Shown here piece after piece: positions 63,047-64,000 of a stretch of 64,000 nt of DNA. A program made the position numbers and the translations under genes. Where the stretch lies: positions 10,332-74,331 of the forward strand of contig JAZNJB010000006.1 in assembly GCA_045577815.1 (NCBI GenBank). The letters run 5' to 3'. This DNA is from Acutalibacteraceae bacterium. Its GTDB lineage: Bacteria > Bacillota > Clostridia > Oscillospirales > Acutalibacteraceae. The notes beneath the pieces were generated by a model. It was not told where the DNA came from and did not search any database. It worked only from the letters and a program-made list of their open reading frames with translations. Every line of letters starts with the position of its first letter. Within the stretch, counting starts at the first letter, position 1.

Positions 63047-63495
63047 TTTACGATAAAGTTGAAAATATGGGTTTGTATTTTAATAACCTTAAAGGCTTTG
63101 AAAAAGTAGAAGAAGCTTACAAAGAGTTTTGCAATGCACCCTTTGAAAACGGCAAAATTGAAATTGACGGCGAAAATGCCTGGTGTAATGTTTGCAAATA
63201 CGATGTCAACCCCGATAATCCTTTGAAATATGAATCCCATAAGGAATATGCTGATGTTCAGCTTATGTTTGAGGGTGAAGAAAATATCGGTTGGGCAATT
63301 TTTGATGAATGCAACATAACCGAAGATTTCAAAGAAGGCTCAGACATTGCATTTATGGATGCTCCAAACGGACAGATGTTGGCACTCAGAAAAGGTTATT
63401 TTATGGTATTTTTTCCTCAGGATGCTCACGCACCCTGCAGAAAAAGCGAAAATTCCGACTTTGCTCACAAGTTAGTGTTCAAGATAAAATTATAA
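63043..63495 (+). CDS. YhcH/YjgK/YiaL family protein (DUF386, EbgC-like cupin)
   Basis: 150 aa with the FFPQDAHAP motif. 4-nt overlap with the upstream gene. Confidence 0.8.
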   Translation: MIYDKVENMGLYFNNLKGFEKVEEAYKEFCNAPFENGKIEIDGENAWCNVCKYDVNPDNPLKYESHKEYADVQLMFEGEENIGWAIFDECNITEDFKEGSDIAFMDAPNGQMLALRKGYFMVFFPQDAHAPCRKSENSDFAHKLVFKIKL

Positions 63496-63500
63496 AAGAT

Positions 63501-63540
63501 ACAACCACCTTAGAATTTTTTAAAATTCTAAGGTGGTTGT
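63501..63540. terminator. bidirectional terminator
   Basis: ACAACCACCTTAGAATTTT-TT-AAAATTCTAAGGTGGTTGT. Confidence 0.8.
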
Positions 63541-63542
63541 GC

Positions 63543-64000
63543 TTATTTATGGGGTAAGCTTATTACAAGATTAAATATTCCGTTTTCGTATTTCACGAGC
63601 ATATCGCCCTTATGCTTGTCAACTGTTCTTTTAATGCTTTTAAGTCCGAGGCCATGATTTTCTTTATCTTTTTTTCTTGAAATATATGCCCCCGCTCTAC
63701 GTTTGGGTGCTTCGATTGATGGATTTTTAACAGAAATTATCATTTCTGTTTCATTGTCATCAATTTTAACATCAATATATCTATCACTTTGTTTTTCAAA
63801 TTTAACACAAGCCTCAACTGCATTATCAAGAGCATTGCTTAAGATTGTGCAAATGTCCATAGCAGGAATTATTGTATTCTCAAGAGGTGTAACATCAAAT
63901 TGAGTTGATATGCCGTTTTTTTGTGCGTAAAGAAGTTTTTCATTGAGTATAGCATCAACTGCAGAATTTTTACTCATAGAAACATAGGTGGCTTCTTCAA
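63543..64000 (-). CDS. sensor histidine kinase, GHKL ATPase domain (AgrC/LytS-like); N-terminus outside the window
   Basis: NALDNAVEA (N box) and HGLGLKSIKRTV (G2 box). The frame stays open upstream of the listed ATG up to position 64000. Confidence 0.8.
   Translation of the reverse strand, partial: EEATYVSMSKNSAVDAILNEKLLYAQKNGISTQFDVTPLENTIIPAMDICTILSNALDNAVEACVKFEKQSDRYIDVKIDDNETEMIISVKNPSIEAPKRRAGAYISRKKDKENHGLGLKSIKRTVDKHKGDMLVKYENGIFNLVISLPHK

Noticed and set aside
1-64000. Defence island, prophage, integrative element or biosynthetic gene cluster other than SCIFF
   Set aside because: The window has no integrase, transposase, recombinase, phage structural, restriction-modification, toxin-antitoxin, cas, NRPS/PKS or lanthipeptide-type genes. 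Composition and gene content look like core chromosome.

Overview
This is a chromosomal, mostly housekeeping segment of a low-GC Firmicute. It looks like Clostridia, probably the Ruminococcaceae/Oscillospiraceae lineage, based on a SCIFF peptide system, a dockerin-bearing protein and sporulation-type YabE/YabD neighbours. I found no integrase, transposase, cas, phage or recognisable defence genes, so I do not claim a novel multi-gene system.

Main content:
- A complete argGHCJBDF operon.
- metG, tatD, cca, gltX-glnS, tRNA-Pro(GGG) and RNase P RNA (rnpB).
- rhaA-rhaD.
- A cytoplasmic glycan-trimming set: GH38 alpha-mannosidase, two GH2 enzymes, two paralogous metallophosphoesterases and an uncharacterised propeller/(alpha/alpha)6-like protein.
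- Two paralogous secreted proteins built from 9 and 6 FN3-like modules.
- A TetR / dockerin-protein / cyclophilin / GPH-symporter operon.

Most noteworthy observations:
1. A 50-aa SCIFF (ranthipeptide) precursor gene is missing from the ORF track. It lies upstream of its radical-SAM maturase.
2. Two families of modular intergenic repeats show perfect compensatory stem changes. One is a GTAGGG/CTTG-loop hairpin. The other is a 27-nt hairpin with a conserved G.U, embedded in a roughly 110-260 bp unit.
3. Heptanucleotide tandem arrays sit exactly at gene 3' ends.
4. A convergent array of 9-mers lies upstream of a small membrane-protein gene.

All function calls come from motif recognition by eye. 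No database search was run.
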